DNA of 63,803 bases, from positions 67,397,065-67,460,867 of the forward strand of contig NC_057719.1 of assembly GCF_004010195.1 (NCBI RefSeq). The letters are read 5' to 3'. The DNA is from Chiloscyllium plagiosum. Its lineage: Eukaryota. Shown one piece after another: positions 1 to 13,099 of this stretch. The notes beneath the pieces were generated by a model. That model was not told where the DNA came from. It saw only the letters and a program-made list of their open reading frames with translations, and did not search any database. Positions within the stretch are counted from its first letter, which is position 1; every line of letters starts with the position of its first letter. Both the position numbers and the translations under genes were made by a program.

Positions 1-477
1 CTTTGTAGACGGAGGCACTATTTCACCATAATAGAAATTGTCAGCCCTATAACAAAGCAACACTGTTTATTTGCTTTGGACAGCACAGTCTTCAAAATGG
101 CATTAATGAAACGTTCAACATTTGTGCATGGTTAAGTGGCTTTTTAACTAACAGTGGGATTGTCTGATTTACACTTTGTTGATGAAATTGCAACCTCATC
201 ATGGCTGGCCCAAACTACTTTGAGGCAATTTTACCCTTCGGCATACTATTAGTGAGAGGTAGGGTTGGGTGATGTTGGCAGCATTTTGGAGGTGGCATTG
301 CAAATAAGGCTTGACATGTCATAATCTGGATGTTCTGAAGAGCAATATCTCCCTATTTCATAAACTCATATGGCTCAGGAGAGGTGCTCTAGTGGTAAGA
401 TAATTACACTTATAACTCCCTGTTCTTAGCAGAAGGTGGCTAGGCTGTTTCTGCTGTTAATGTGGAATTTTAAAAAT

Positions 478-1221
478 TTAGGTTTTATTGTCACATGGGC
501 AAGAGTACAGTGTGCAAGTACAGGGTACATGAGTACAGTGAAAAATGTACAACATTACCACATGTGGCACCATCTTAGGTACAAAATACCTAGGGACAAA
601 ATCTTAGTTACAGAAGTAGGAAAATAACTATAAAAAGTTTAAAAAGTTCAGCACTGCAGTCTTCTTGGTATAAGAGTGGAAAAATAAAAGAAATAAAGTT
701 AAAAAGTTAAACATTATAGTCCTTTCATCAGCAAAAGGCACTCCCATGCTGGGCTCTCCCCAGCAGGGCTCGCTCTCCCCTGTACTGAGCATGCTTCCCC
801 ATGCTGGGATCAGACCCGCCTGTGTCCGCCAGACACCTTTGCTGCTGACCGCTGCTGCTGAACTCCACTGGGCATGTCAGGCTTTGGCAACATTCACAAG
901 GCTCTGTCCCTGACCGCTGCTGCTGTGACCATCTGGACTTGTGCTGGGCCCCAGACACTGCCATGATCCATTTCCAAAATGGCCACCTCACCGCATGCTC
1001 TGATGCCGCTCCAGACATTGATGAAGCTGCGATGCTACTACCACCGCGATCAACCGCCCATTGACTGGCTGCCCAAAGTGCCCCAGCCACTGCTGTTGCT
1101 GCTTCACGAACGAGCTCTAAAGACTGAAGGACTAAAAGAAAGAAAGAGAAAAAGTGAGAAAAGATTAAGAAAGAATAGCAGTCAGAGCTCTGGTGAGGAG
1201 CCATACTCCGCCGCCATCTTG
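478..1221 (-). mobile_element. Non-autonomous, ORF-less Rex-Babar-like LINE derivative (5' end joined to 3' end)
   Basis: Minus strand starts CAAGATGGCGGC (1221-1210). It ends TTTTCACTGT...CATGTGACAATAAA, resembling the 3' end of the Rex-like LINE at ~8290-8335. No RT motifs in between. Confidence 0.55.
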
Positions 1222-3669
1222 AATGGAACGTATGCATGCCGACACGCTTCAGAGGATGTCCAGGCAGACCTGCCGCAGTCTACAATGATCCAAGTGCTCA
1301 AAAAAATTCAGACTTTTGATGGCCAAACAAAATGCATTTCTCACTGTCGGCCACAGGTCTAACAGTAATGGAAGCAACCTTGTAGTTAGTGATGCTGGTC
1401 TAGTGCTTAGCATTGAAGCTCCTTAACCATTGTTCCTTATGGCACAAAGTGACCCTGTATTTGTGTACCCCCTGCTTGTTGAATACCTTCACCCCCCTTC
1501 CCTCATACTCAATTTTTCGCACTCCCTGCATCATTCTATATCATTTATTTGCTGCTTCTCCTGTGCCTATTGATTGTCTTCCATTACCACTCTGATAGAG
1601 CTGCAAGAACAACTGTCATAATCAGGAGGATTTACAGATTTAGGACCTGCCAGTGTTTTAAAAGCAAGGAAACTTGGCAAGGTCCACTTTCAGCTCAATC
1701 CACAATCATCTTTCTGAATGTCCCTTTAACTATCATGGTCTGCATCCTGCATTCAGTTTCCTGGCCAGTTCTTACACTTAGCACCTATTGTTATTTCTGT
1801 TCAAATGACATAGTTCACTACAGAAATAACACTGCTAACTAAAACTGATGGTGACTGGACAGCTGAACCTCTTGCGAATTTCAAAATGGTTGTGACACAG
1901 TGCACGCACAAACAAGATGACAAGATGATCATATTAACATTCTGGTCACAACCATTGCACTAGTCAGAATGGGTTAAAATGAACACGTTTATTTCCACAG
2001 TTTAGATAACAGATTATAAACCTAGAATAAAATTAGATGTATCTCCTGTCTTTTTTTCTCAAACAGAGTATGATATAATCAATATTTCCTATAAGCAAGT
2101 TTGAATGATTTTTTTTGTTTAGAAACTGACAAATTCAGCACTTGCAAATAGAAATTACATTTTTTTTTTTACAGTTTCATAGGTTCCAGTCTGATTCTAT
2201 TGATCTTTTGGACAAATTCAATAACTGTTGGTGTCTGAAGGTGGGATAATGAGTATCAATGTATTACTATGAGAATTAAAATCGTAGAGTGGGAGTGTTA
2301 CCCCATCTAAACAGAAACCTGTTTCATTGTAAATAAGATGTTATTGTGTCCACATATAACATGAGTTCCATTGTATTATGTATTCGAATAATTCATAGTT
2401 CAACTTGTTATGAAATAATATCTTGCCATGAATCCCCTTGTCCATTGTACTGCCAGGAATTAGACTTCCTGCAAGAGTACACAGAAATCTCCATTAGTTA
2501 TCTGTCAAGAATCTTGAAAGAAATTCTTACCTATGTGGCTGTGGTTCCAACTACAGTCTAACTCGCTAACTGCCATGATGTCAGGGAAGCAAAACAAGAT
2601 ATGGTAAATGGCAGCATGGAATATGAAAAGAGTGCTTTTGAGAGAGATAGGTTAATCCATTGACATAAATTCAGTATTGATGAATTAACTGAAAGTGGTC
2701 CCATTCAGCTCAGAATTTATTTTAACCTTTACCCTTCTGACTACTTTTCCTCTGGTACAAGATATACATCACTATTATGATGGGAGGAGATCAAATGCAA
2801 TAAATACATTTGAAATAAATCCATAATAGAAGATGAAAGGGCAAACATTTACATTCCTACGCCATTGAAGTACAAGGATACCTTCTGCTGGTGTAAAGTT
2901 ACTGACTTGCAGAATAAATTTACTAGATAACACAATAAATACTGAGATGGTAGGTATTTTTTAAGTGAAGCTTGATAGATTTCTGCTCAGAGAAGGTACA
3001 AGATAGGCATAAGTATAAATCTTCGATGAGATAATGATAAATGGAGTTTGAGAGATGGGACTGAAAAAATATCCATGTATCAAACTAATTCCTCAGATGA
3101 AATAAGCCTAATGGAGTGAATGGCCTTTTTATTATTTTCCATCTTTTTATTACCTTCCCAGTACATTAGTTTCTATCTGCTGGTTCTACTATCTTTGATT
3201 TAATCTTTCTATACAAGGTTTTCATGTCTCTTTTTTCTTTGAGAATGAGAAATCTTCATCTCCTTGCTCATACTTATTTTAACTTGCATTGTACCCAATT
3301 CCTCCTTGATCTCCATTGAAGGGGTGACTATTAAACGCGGCTAAATATAACATCTAAAAGAAGCATTATAAACCTAAATATTATCTCCCCTGCTAGCATA
3401 CATTACTAAGCAGTCACAACACAGTCATGCACCAAAGCGTTTTGAAGGGAAGCAGTTGCAAGCTCTGCCCTCCAATTGGATATAATTGAGTCACTAATGA
3501 TCAAGACTCACCATGATGTCTTCTACATTAATGCATTCCTTGCCAGGATCTCAAAATTATGGAATTCTTTAGCTCTCTCATACTTTCGTATCTCCCACAG
3601 TTTTGAAGCTTTTAAAACCTAAGCTCAACATAATATAATTATTACTTTTGATTTTATTTTGTCAAGAGT

Positions 3670-4455
3670 GAGGCTGTTCGCTGACAATTCTACAGCGTGA
3701 GTTTGTAGCAGAACCTGGATAGTATCCAGCTTTGGGCTGACAGATGTCAGATAACACTCACATCATAATGACTACTTTCCACAGGTAATGAGGGTCTCGA
3801 ATGAGAGACAGCCCAGACAGCACCCCTTGACCTTTCTGGCACTACCATCACTGCATGCTCCATCACCATCCTGGGAGTGATCACTGACAAAAAACCTAAA
3901 GTGGACCAGCCATCCGATAATCTGGTTCATAAAAGCAGGTCACAGGCTGGAGACATGGCAACAAATGGCTGACTTAGAAAAAAAATCCACAATGATCAAA
4001 TAAAGGAAATGATGAAATACTCATTATTTGTCAGAATGGTGCAGTCACTCAAGAAGCTGGACACCATCTTGGATTGAGAAATTTGACTGTTCCATGCTGC
4101 TGCTGCCACCAGACTCAATTTCCATCCCCTTTTTAACTGGCCCTACTTTCAATTTACACCACAGCAACTCACTAATGTCACTTTACTATAATTGCTATTT
4201 CTTTGCCACTGAGAAGGACAAAGGGAGCAATGCCTTGGAAACTTACCATGTCCAAGTCACACACAATCCTGACTGAGACATATATGGCCATCCCCCCAGC
4301 ATTGTTGAGACAAGGTCTAAGAATCACCTAATCATTAAAATTGTAGGTGTACCATTACCACAAAAAAACTACAGGGATAGACGGGCAAATCCACTTCCAC
4401 CTTCTTATACAACAATAGAAAAGCAATAAATATGGCCTTGCCAGTATTAGCTATA
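3670..4455 (+). mobile_element. Old degenerate CR1/L2-group LINE 3' fragment
   Basis: CTGTTCGCTGACAAT (LFAD-like) near 3675. The 3' end GCAATAAATATGGCCTTGCCAGT resembles the ends of the repeats at ~36250 (-) and ~60040 (+). Confidence 0.55.
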
Positions 4456-4614
4456 CCCCTAATAAGATACTGTAAAATACTGCCAGTACAATAACGAACT
4501 GGAGGTCAACAAACAGGCAAAATCCTCTCAATGAGAAATATATGAACAAAGTCTGCATATTTATCTATAAAGTTGAAAGTTTATGTGTGAATATCAGAAG
4601 TAGGTAAGTATTGT

Positions 4615-4930
4615 GGGCGGCACGGTGGCACAGTGGTTAGCACTACTGCCTCACAGCGCCAGAGACCTGGGTTCAATTCCTGCCTCAGGCGACTGAATGT
4701 GGAGTTTGCACATTCTCCCAGTGTCTGCGTGGGTTTCCTCCGGGTGCTCCGGTTTCCTCCCACAGTCCAAACTGTGTAGGTTAGGTGAATTGGCCGAGCT
4801 AAGTTGCCCGTAGTGTTAGGTGAAGGGGTAAATGTAGGAGAATGGGGTCTGGGTGGGTTGCGCTTCGGCGGGTCGGTGTGGACTTGTTGGGCCGAAGGGC
4901 CTGTTTCCACACTGTAATTAATCTAATCTA
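4615..4930 (+). mobile_element. HE1-type tRNA-derived SINE, young copy
   Basis: Pol III A box TGGCACAGTGG, B box GGTTCAATTCC, central GGGTTTCCTCCGGGTGCTCCGGTTTCCTCCCAC, CR1-like tail GGGCCGAAGGGCCTGTTTCCACACTGT and (AATCT)n end. Confidence 0.92.
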
Positions 4931-5898
4931 TTCTATACCATAACAATAATAAAACTAATTATGGATGGGACTATATTAAGAATGATTCTTAAAACATAAA
5001 TAATTGTCTATAAGGGGTGAAGAATACTTGAGAATAACCCACTTTAATGTTTTGTCTTGAAATTTGTTTCTTTAAAAATTATTATTGGTTGTTTTGTCTG
5101 TGTTACAATATTAACGAGATGATTTCAATTTGAATGCCAGTCTGATTGGAACCTGGCTAATTCCGAGGATGAAGTTCAAATTCTGCTTTCTCGAGTAATG
5201 ATGGTGCAGCCCACATTATGGTCCATACAAAGACACTTGACTTTGGAATGTATCATGGATGTCCAATGCATTTTGTTCCTATTAAAAGCAGTCTGATTAC
5301 TAATATTTGTTGATTTTAATAGACCAAAATACACCTGAAACTAAGAAAAGTGGAAATAATAATATTGTCTATGGATTTTTAAAAGTAAAATAATATTCAA
5401 TTCAATTGCAAAGGAAGCTACATTGACCATGGAATTTATTCAATGTTCTCTATACACCCTTGATGGCTAAATGGTACAACAGCATCCAGCTGAGATAGAA
5501 ATTTACTCTGAGAATGGTGCAAAACAAATTGTATCGAATCTTTCACCATTACGCAAACCTCTGATATTTAATTCCATTAGCTGTGGTGGGATTGAAAACC
5601 ATATGTTCCTTTTTGGCATCTCACCTTGACAATATCACTGTGCTTCAGACTGGCTGGTGCACGATGATACCCTCTGCATATTTCTGTTCTCATCCACAGA
5701 GATTGCTTCTGAGAAACAAGTTTAGGTTTCCCAGTGGCTGTCCTACATATGGCATTACAATAGAGATGGAGAAGGAGCATGAGAGGATGGAGAAAAGGAA
5801 ATTAAACCATTCATTTGAACTGGGTTTGTTGTTGATCCGCTCATTATGCAGTCCTAATTCTGGGACTCCTGGGTGACCTTTTCCTCAACTCCTCCCTT

Positions 5899-6112
5899 TA
5901 TTATCATGGAATACGGTCTGAAGGGTGTCTAAGATTTAATGGAACAGAGAAGAGGTGATGGATATAGTTGTGTATGAATTGGTTGTATAAATACCAGGAG
6001 GTATTAATCAATGTGGTGAGAATTTTATGGAGTATGCCAAAATAAATTAAGTTCTCACTAGAAGTGTGAACCTAGATTCTGTTCAAAAACATTTATCTTC
6101 TAATTTTTAACA
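5899..6112 (+). repeat. Candidate 5' LTR of Copia-like retrotransposon
   Basis: Ends ...TTTTAACA just before the PBS; contains TATAAATA (~5986) and AATAAA (~6040). Left boundary (TATTATCATGG, possibly decayed TGTTA) is inferred. No second LTR seen. Confidence 0.5.
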
Positions 6113-6113
6113 G

Positions 6114-6131
6114 TGTTAGCAAAGGATGGTT
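6114..6131 (+). other. Primer-binding site complementary to the 3' end of initiator tRNA-Met
   Basis: TGTTAGCAAAGGATGGTT vs TGGTAGCAGAGGATGGTT: 16/18 identical. Lies 1 nt after CA and just upstream of gag-like coding remnants. Confidence 0.75.
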
Positions 6132-6145
6132 GAGTAAAAATGTAA

Positions 6146-8285
6146 AATTTCAGGATATAGTTACCCACCTCTAAAAATGAACCTTATGACCAGTGTAAGA
6201 TGAAGTTAAAACATGGACGTGAGTTATATCTTTACCAAAGAGAAAACAAACTTTGGCCTGATCACCATACAGAGGCAGGATAAGAAGCAAAGTTTTTTCC
6301 AGAATTGACGCCTAAAGATTTAAACACAGATAAAGGTTAACAGATTGTTAACTTCCATGGATAAAAGTTACCAAAACAAAATATAATTGACTGCTTATGA
6401 GGCTTGGTCAGATGTTAGAATGGAAATACCATGGAAAAATATATATTGGAATTTAGCAGATTATATGCAAGATTGTAAAACAAAAAAAAATCATTTCGAA
6501 TTTCCCAAATCTGTGCTGGCAATTAAGTTACTGGACTGTGCCAAAACGTCAAGTATGGACAGACTTCTAGTTTTGACTAGAGTTAAATCTGCACTAGAAT
6601 AGCACTACAGCATTAGAACAAATACTAAAAGCATAACAAGAATTCCTAGTGCAAAAGTGGCAATTGATGATGTGACTAAAAATGGAGGACACAATGTTAA
6701 CAAATTGGTGAGAGTGTTTAGATACGGATCACAGGCAAGAAGCAAAAAGGAGACCAAAAGCTAATAGAAAAAAGACAGAAATGAGAAGCAAAGGAATTTT
6801 GTAATTTACAACAAATGAATTAACCTGAGCAATGCCCAGTGTGAAATGAATCAATGTTTCAGGTGTGATACAAAGTATGGTGTCCCAAGCAGCATAATGC
6901 ATTTTCCAAAGCTAAATATGAAGTAGAAGAAGCAGATGAAGTAGATCGAGATATAAATCAAAGAAAAAGCCCCGTGATGAATATATTTGGTGGGGAGTCT
7001 TTCAATCGTGCAGCATTAGACATTTGATTCATGTCTACTCTGTGTGGAATAGAGTGATAAAATACTGCCTAGACTTGAGGTAACAAAGATTGAGAAAATG
7101 TTCAAGAATTTGAGAGTTCCAATAGTTTCAGATTTGGTGTTGAAAGCCCACTAAAGTCTTTGAAACATGTTGTTGTTTCTTTTATAATAGCCAGTCACTT
7201 GATCAGCACAGATGTAGTGACCAGTGAAATAAGATTATTATTAAATTTGCTATCAATAAAGAAAATACAGATAAAACTGGATATGGAAAATCCCTGTATT
7301 TGCAACGTTGACAGCCATACCACTGTAATTTTGCTTTAATCGACCACAATCTCTCCATTGAAGATGAGTTATTGATATTACAACGTTGCAATTTAGAAGA
7401 AAAACGTTAATTGCATTACAATGAAATAGAAAATTTGTTCTTCCGCCCTCTAAAGGGTTAATTTTGTTTAGTAAACCATGCAGGAATAAAAGAGGAAGTG
7501 CATGAGGAGGTCATAGAGATTGACAGATGTGAGAGTGATGAAATACTAAAGGCACCCATAACCATCTTTGGGAAATCTACCTTTAGCAAGACATTCCAAT
7601 GAGGTAGTGATGTTGAATTTACAGAAAGGGGACAAAGGAAAAGGCATTTTTATTTTAGAGCTTGTTGATTTGACAAGTAAATTTTGTCAGTCAACAATAT
7701 GCTTAGTAAAGATAAGAAAATAATTGTGGATAAGGGAATGGAAAAGCAGATAGTAACCAGCATTGGACTACCGAAGAAAATTCTCACTAACAATATGGTC
7801 GAATTGCTAAAGATACATTTAAATATATGCATTAGAATATGAACATAATAGCATGAATACAGCAACTGAATGACCTTTTATCAATGGTATATGTAAAAAG
7901 AACCATGTAATAATAGACAAAATGATTCATAAAAGTTGGGCAGATCAGCCAAATTGTAAATTGTCGTTTGCCTTTATACTGCACATGCTCGGACTTCATT
8001 GCAGATAGGAGGAGATCATTATCCACGAAAGCGAGATTTTGGTAGAAATTCTAACATTCCATAAGTGATAAGTGATCAGCCCCCAGCTTGGGAAGGAGTT
8101 ACAATAAGCTCTACTTTATAAGAGCATTTGAACACACAGTGAAAAAGGCTTTCTTCAAAGCCAAAGTCTCAAAGAACTTACCAAGGCTTAAGATACAATA
8201 AGGCCATCAGAAGCCAGGTTTAATCTGGGACATATGGCTTAATTCAAGAGAGAGGGGTTTGAAGAGAGAGCTCTAGGTTCTTGGT
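6146..8285 (+). pseudogene. Decayed gag-protease-integrase of a Copia-like (GalEa-type) LTR retrotransposon
   Basis: Across stops and frameshifts: gag YPP..EPYDQ, AYEAWSD, FPKSVLAIKLLDCAKTSSMDRLLVLT; knuckle relic CFRCDTKY (6855); protease ESFNRAALDI*FMSTLCGIE (6995) and SFRFG (~7125); integrase LPLARHSNEVV (7577), IGLPKKILTNN (7762), NTATE*PFINGICKKNHVIID (7856), FGRNSNIP, DQPPAWEG. Confidence 0.75.
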
Positions 8286-8286
8286 T

Positions 8287-10055
8287 GAATTGAATTGAAT
8301 TTATTGTCATGTGTATTGAGGCACAGTGAAAAGCTTTGTCTTGCGAGCAATACAGGTAGATCACATACTTAAGAAGCATAGATAAGTAAATAATAGGTAA
8401 ACAGTGGCAAAAACAAAAACATAGGTACAGATGAATGTTAAGAGTTTGTGAGTCCATTCAGTATTCTAACAACAGCAGGGTAAAAAACTGTTACGAAACC
8501 GGCTGTGTTCAGACTTCAGTATCTTCTCCTCGATGGTAGAGGTTGTTGAAAAACATTGACAGGGTGGGATGGATCTTTGAGAATTCTGGCAACCTTTTCT
8601 TGACAATGGGCCTGGTAAATGGATTCTTAGATGGGAGGTTGGCTTTTGTGATTGTCTGGGCCGGATTCACCACACTCTGTAACCGTCTCCGATCTTGAAT
8701 GGTACAGTTGCCATATCAGGTAGTGATACATCCAGACAGAATGCTCTCAATGGCGTACCTATAAAAATTGGCAAGGGAATTCACCGGTCATGCCAAATTT
8801 CCTCAGCTGCCTGAGGAAAAAGAGACATTGTTGGACCTTTGTAACCAGTGTGTCCACATGAAGAGTCCAAGAAAGCTTGTTGTGGATGACCACTCCCAGG
8901 AACTTGACACTCTCCACTTGTCCACCTCTGTGCTGTTAATGTGTAAGGGGGCATGAGTAACATCCTGCCGAAAGTCCATAATGAATTCCTTGGTTTTGCC
9001 GGCATTGAGAGCTAGGTTGTTCTCAGTGCACCATTTTTCCAGGTCTTCCACCTCCCACCTGTAGTTGTTTTGTCGCCATCTGAGATTCGACCGACTATGG
9101 TGGTGTCATCAGCGAACTTGTAAATGGCATTAGTCTGGTATTTGGCGACGCAGACATGGGTATACAGTGAGTACAGTAAGGGGCTGAGCACGCACCTCTG
9201 GGGTGCTCCAGTGTTGAGTATTAGTGAGGATGAAATATTGTCCCCAATCTTCACTGATTGTGGCCTGTGGGTCAGGAAACTGAGGATCCAGTTGCAGAGA
9301 GTGGGGCTTAGCCTGAGATCACTAAGCTTAGTAATCAGTCTCAAGGGAGTAATAGTGTTGAAGGCTGAACTGTAGTCAATGAGTAGGATTCTTATGTAGC
9401 TGTTCTTAGTGTCAAGATGTTCTAGGGAAAGGCAAGTGAAATGGCATCTGACATGGATCAATTGGTTCAATAGGCAAATTGGAGTGGGTCAAGAGTAATA
9501 GGGAGGCTGGAGTTGGTCAATGCCACAACCAGCCTTTCAGAGCACTTCATGACCACCGAAGTTAGAGCCACTGGGCAGTAGTCATTGAGACATGCTGCAT
9601 GAGTCTTCTTAGGCACAGGGATGATGTTGGCCCTCTTGAAACAGGCAGGGACAGTGGCCTGCTGCAGGGAGAGGTTGAAGATGTCCGAGAAGACCTCTGC
9701 CAGTTGATCTGTGCATGCTCTGAGCGCACGGCCTGGTACTCCGTTTGGTCCCATTGCTTTCCTTAGATTCACATGAAGGAAAACTGATCTGACCTCAGAT
9801 ACAGGGACTATTGCGATAGGTTCATCAGGAATAGGTGTTACCTCTCCGTAGAAATTCTGCTCAGAGCGAGCATAGAAGGTGTTGAGACGATCTGGGAGGG
9901 ATATGTCATCGTCTGCTATCTTGCACTGTCTCTTTTTAGAACCTGTGATATTATTCAGTCCATGCCAAAGTTGCTGGATGTCTGTCTAGGTCTCTAGTTT
10001 GGATTGGTATTGGTCCTTGGCTGTCTTAATGGCTCTGTGAAGGTCATACTTGGAC
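8287..10055 (-). mobile_element. Rex1/Babar-clade LINE, 5'-truncated, disrupted RT
   Basis: ORFs 9467-9772, 9012-9470 and 8803-9051 carry [67 protein letters not shown]. The 3' end is GACAATAAA(TTCAA)n. Confidence 0.9.
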
Positions 10056-10720
10056 CATAAAGTTGGAAACTATACAGGATGGGACCAAGATGTTTCAATC
10101 TACTCTTCAAGGTTGCTTGGTATGAATGACAAATTTGCAGATTCTGAATATGTTATAGAAAACAATAAGGAGCCCAGTACCCTCTCACAACTGTGTGGGT
10201 CAAACTGCTTTAATCAACAGCTTGGCTGATGATGGATATATCAGTTCTGATAGTCAATATGATGCCATTGGTCTCAAACAATCACTGGCAAAGTTGGTGA
10301 TTCAAGTCAAACATTTACCAGAACAGGCCAGCTACCAGAAATTTTTTTTTTAAAAAGGACAGTAGGGAATTCCAGCGGAAACTATAAAAGCAAAATTAAT
10401 GTACAGGATGAGGAGCAGGAGGCTAGGACTGAAGTATCATGGATTGGTAACATGAAATAAAAAGATGGGAGGCAAGAAAACACAGTAGAAGCTCAAACTG
10501 TGGATCTGGGAGTGAATATGTTCCTAAAAAGAGATCCTGAACAAATGAAAAAAATGCTATTAATAGGAGTGTGTGCTCAAACATTAGCAGTCTAGAAAGA
10601 GATAGGAGATGAAATAGAGAACATCATTTAACAATGTCATGAAATATAGTACAAACCAGAAATACCACAAGGAACAGAATGCCACGTGCTCAGGAAATCC
10701 TAGTGGCCACTAGCTGAGAG
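10056..10720 (+). pseudogene. Continuation of the Copia-like pol (post-integrase region) after the Rex insertion
   Basis: Resumes with a decayed QDG..SRL-like segment and RTVGNSSGNYKSKINVQD (~10357), similar to the RAGKATGKYK.W.NV motif I recall from these elements. No RT motifs recognisable afterwards. Confidence 0.5.
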
Positions 10721-11877
10721 ATAGCTATATCTAAAATGCTTTGTTATAAAAAGGTTCTATTTGCTGGGAGCCTGCTGCTTCCTCGTTGGTATAATGATCA
10801 TTGAATTATTTAAGTTACATTTTCTCTGTTTCATGAGATAAAATATCTTTTTTCATTTTACAATGCTAGTATTGTGAGCCCTTAGAAGCATCAAACGGAA
10901 TAGAAAAACCTAGTCTTGGCAGGACTTGCATACAATTATACCAGCACAATGCTGCATACTCCCATGACCATGCTCCTACAGGCAATAATGATGACAGACC
11001 TTGCTTCAAGAAAACCCAAATGCCAATTACTTTGAAAGCTGCTTGCTTGCATGTTGTTCATGCAGACTATGCCTTGCTGAGAACATTATATGGGTGACAT
11101 AGTGATAGGTGGCAACAGATGAACCAGATTAGACCAACTGGACCCTGGAGCAAATTCCACCATCCTTCTACATCCTGAATGATGTGACTCAACACCTTAT
11201 TCTCTCAACGTCCCTATAGTCCTGGAGATCTTCAACTTCCATGAGTATACTGTTGCATTAATTGCGCATCTACAGAGCTGTGCCTGCATTACTGTCTGAG
11301 TGGGACAATTCCAAACACTCCCCTCTTATCCCCCTGAGAGAATGAAATTCTTCGATTTCACTAGCCAGGCGAAACATCTTTCCTTCCTCCATCCTGCAGA
11401 ACCCAGTCATATTTCTTTATTATGTAAAAAGATGTTCATTGCAATATAACAAACCCAAGCACATTCACCTCAATTTCAGCTCATCTGATATGTCTGAACC
11501 CTAAGTTCAAACAGTGAGAACATTGATCTTTCTTTCTCTCGGTAGTGAGAACACTATCAGGCACGTCCCTTGCTGGTGATGTGAGAAAGTGAAAGATCTG
11601 AAGAGAGAAGACCAACATTACATTCTGATGGAGGAGGGCCTTCTATCCCTTACACTCCAGCCAACCATATCAGCAATGAGTGAGTAATGAGTCAACAGTA
11701 AACTTATGTACAGTGCAGTGCAATGTATTATAATAGTGCAAGCAGTATAGTAAGGGACGAATTGAAACTCCTTCCTTGAACCAAAGTTAAGTGAATCTTC
11801 TAGATTTGTTTAAAGCCTCACAGAACTGGTCACTTCAGTGTGAATGTCAGCTTCCACCTATATCCTGTGAGACGAAT

Positions 11878-11926
11878 GACAGAGTCTTGCTGATCCTACT
11901 AAAGACAGAGTCTTGCTGATCCTACT
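11878..11926. repeat. Perfect 23-bp direct repeat, period 26
   Basis: GACAGAGTCTTGCTGATCCTACT at 11878-11900 and 11904-11926. Confidence 0.95.
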
Positions 11927-13099
11927 GAGGTTGAGGGATAATTAGGAAATCTTGTAACCCATACCTGCAATAGATTTCTATGGACTACATCCCTGTCAAA
12001 TTCCAATACCATGGCACTAGGAATCACAGGGACCTGGTATCCATATGGAAATGCCAATTAACTATCCTCTAGACGGATAACTTCATTCTATCTTGGAATT
12101 AAATAGACATTTGACAATATAGTCATTCATAATCTGACATTCATAAGATAGCCCTGGAACTTACAAAGCAACAGTCTACACATAGACAGCACAGTAAACA
12201 TGTTCACTGATTACAGGTGTGAATATCTTGCATTTTCTTTTCAGTAGACAATGTGGTCTTTAAAAACTAAGCCATGTAGTCCAGTTATCAGCAGAATTTA
12301 TCATAACTCATGTAACCATATTCATTCTTCCACATTTTCTTACATCAGTCACTTGCAAAACATAACAATCTTTCAAACTTCATATTCACAGCGTGATCTG
12401 TCATATTACTTTGATAAAATGAGGGCAGGGATTACAAAGTTCTACTAGCAAAGAATTACCAATAACAGAGATAGAAAAGCATACTGTAAGGGGCCACGTT
12501 AATGATCCTCTGAACCGTAGGGCAGTTTGAAGATGTTAAGCCAGTCTTCATTTTCAATGACAATAAGTGTGTTGCTACTCATGGGGCCCTAGAAAGAAAT
12601 GGGACAGAGTCAGTTGTGATACATTGCCCATGATTATCAATAAGTCGCACTGTCATCTCCCTTCACATGGCCCTGAAGTTACCTTTATGAACTTTATTCC
12701 ACTGGCCCACAGCAGTCTTTACATCCTGTCCCAAATTTCATCGAGTGCAGCTAAAGATTGATCTCATTACAATTTTGTGCTCTTCTTATTAGGTCCTCCT
12801 TGAGAAGTCTCTGCCAGGATCTCTAGTAGAAAACATGCTTTAGAAAAGTGACAAAATCACACACCAGCTTCCCAACATTTTGAAATGTCACTCATTTGTC
12901 CGGTGATTGTAAAGTTGACATTCTTGACTTTTTAAGTAATTGTAATTTCTGAGCAATCCCACCCAAACACACACCCTTTATATAGGAGTCATGCTATTGA
13001 ACTTGAGTCTTTAAATTTAAATTGGGTTCAGGAAAGAATAAAGTTGATTGACAAAACACACTGCTCCATGGAATGTCAGAGCCTTGTTGTAGCTCTCAG

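Noticed and set aside
728..1362. Overlapping 169-aa and 127-aa ORFs
   Set aside because: They lie in a GC-rich repeat derivative, have low-complexity translations and no recognisable domain.
4581..4910. ORFs overlapping HE1 SINEs (also 18269-18598 and 46793-47110) and their tRNA-like heads
   Set aside because: Recurrent SINE-derived spurious ORFs; the heads are SINE promoters, not tRNA genes.
11878..11926. CRISPR-like repeat
   Set aside because: Only two copies with a 3-nt spacer, in vertebrate DNA with no cas genes.
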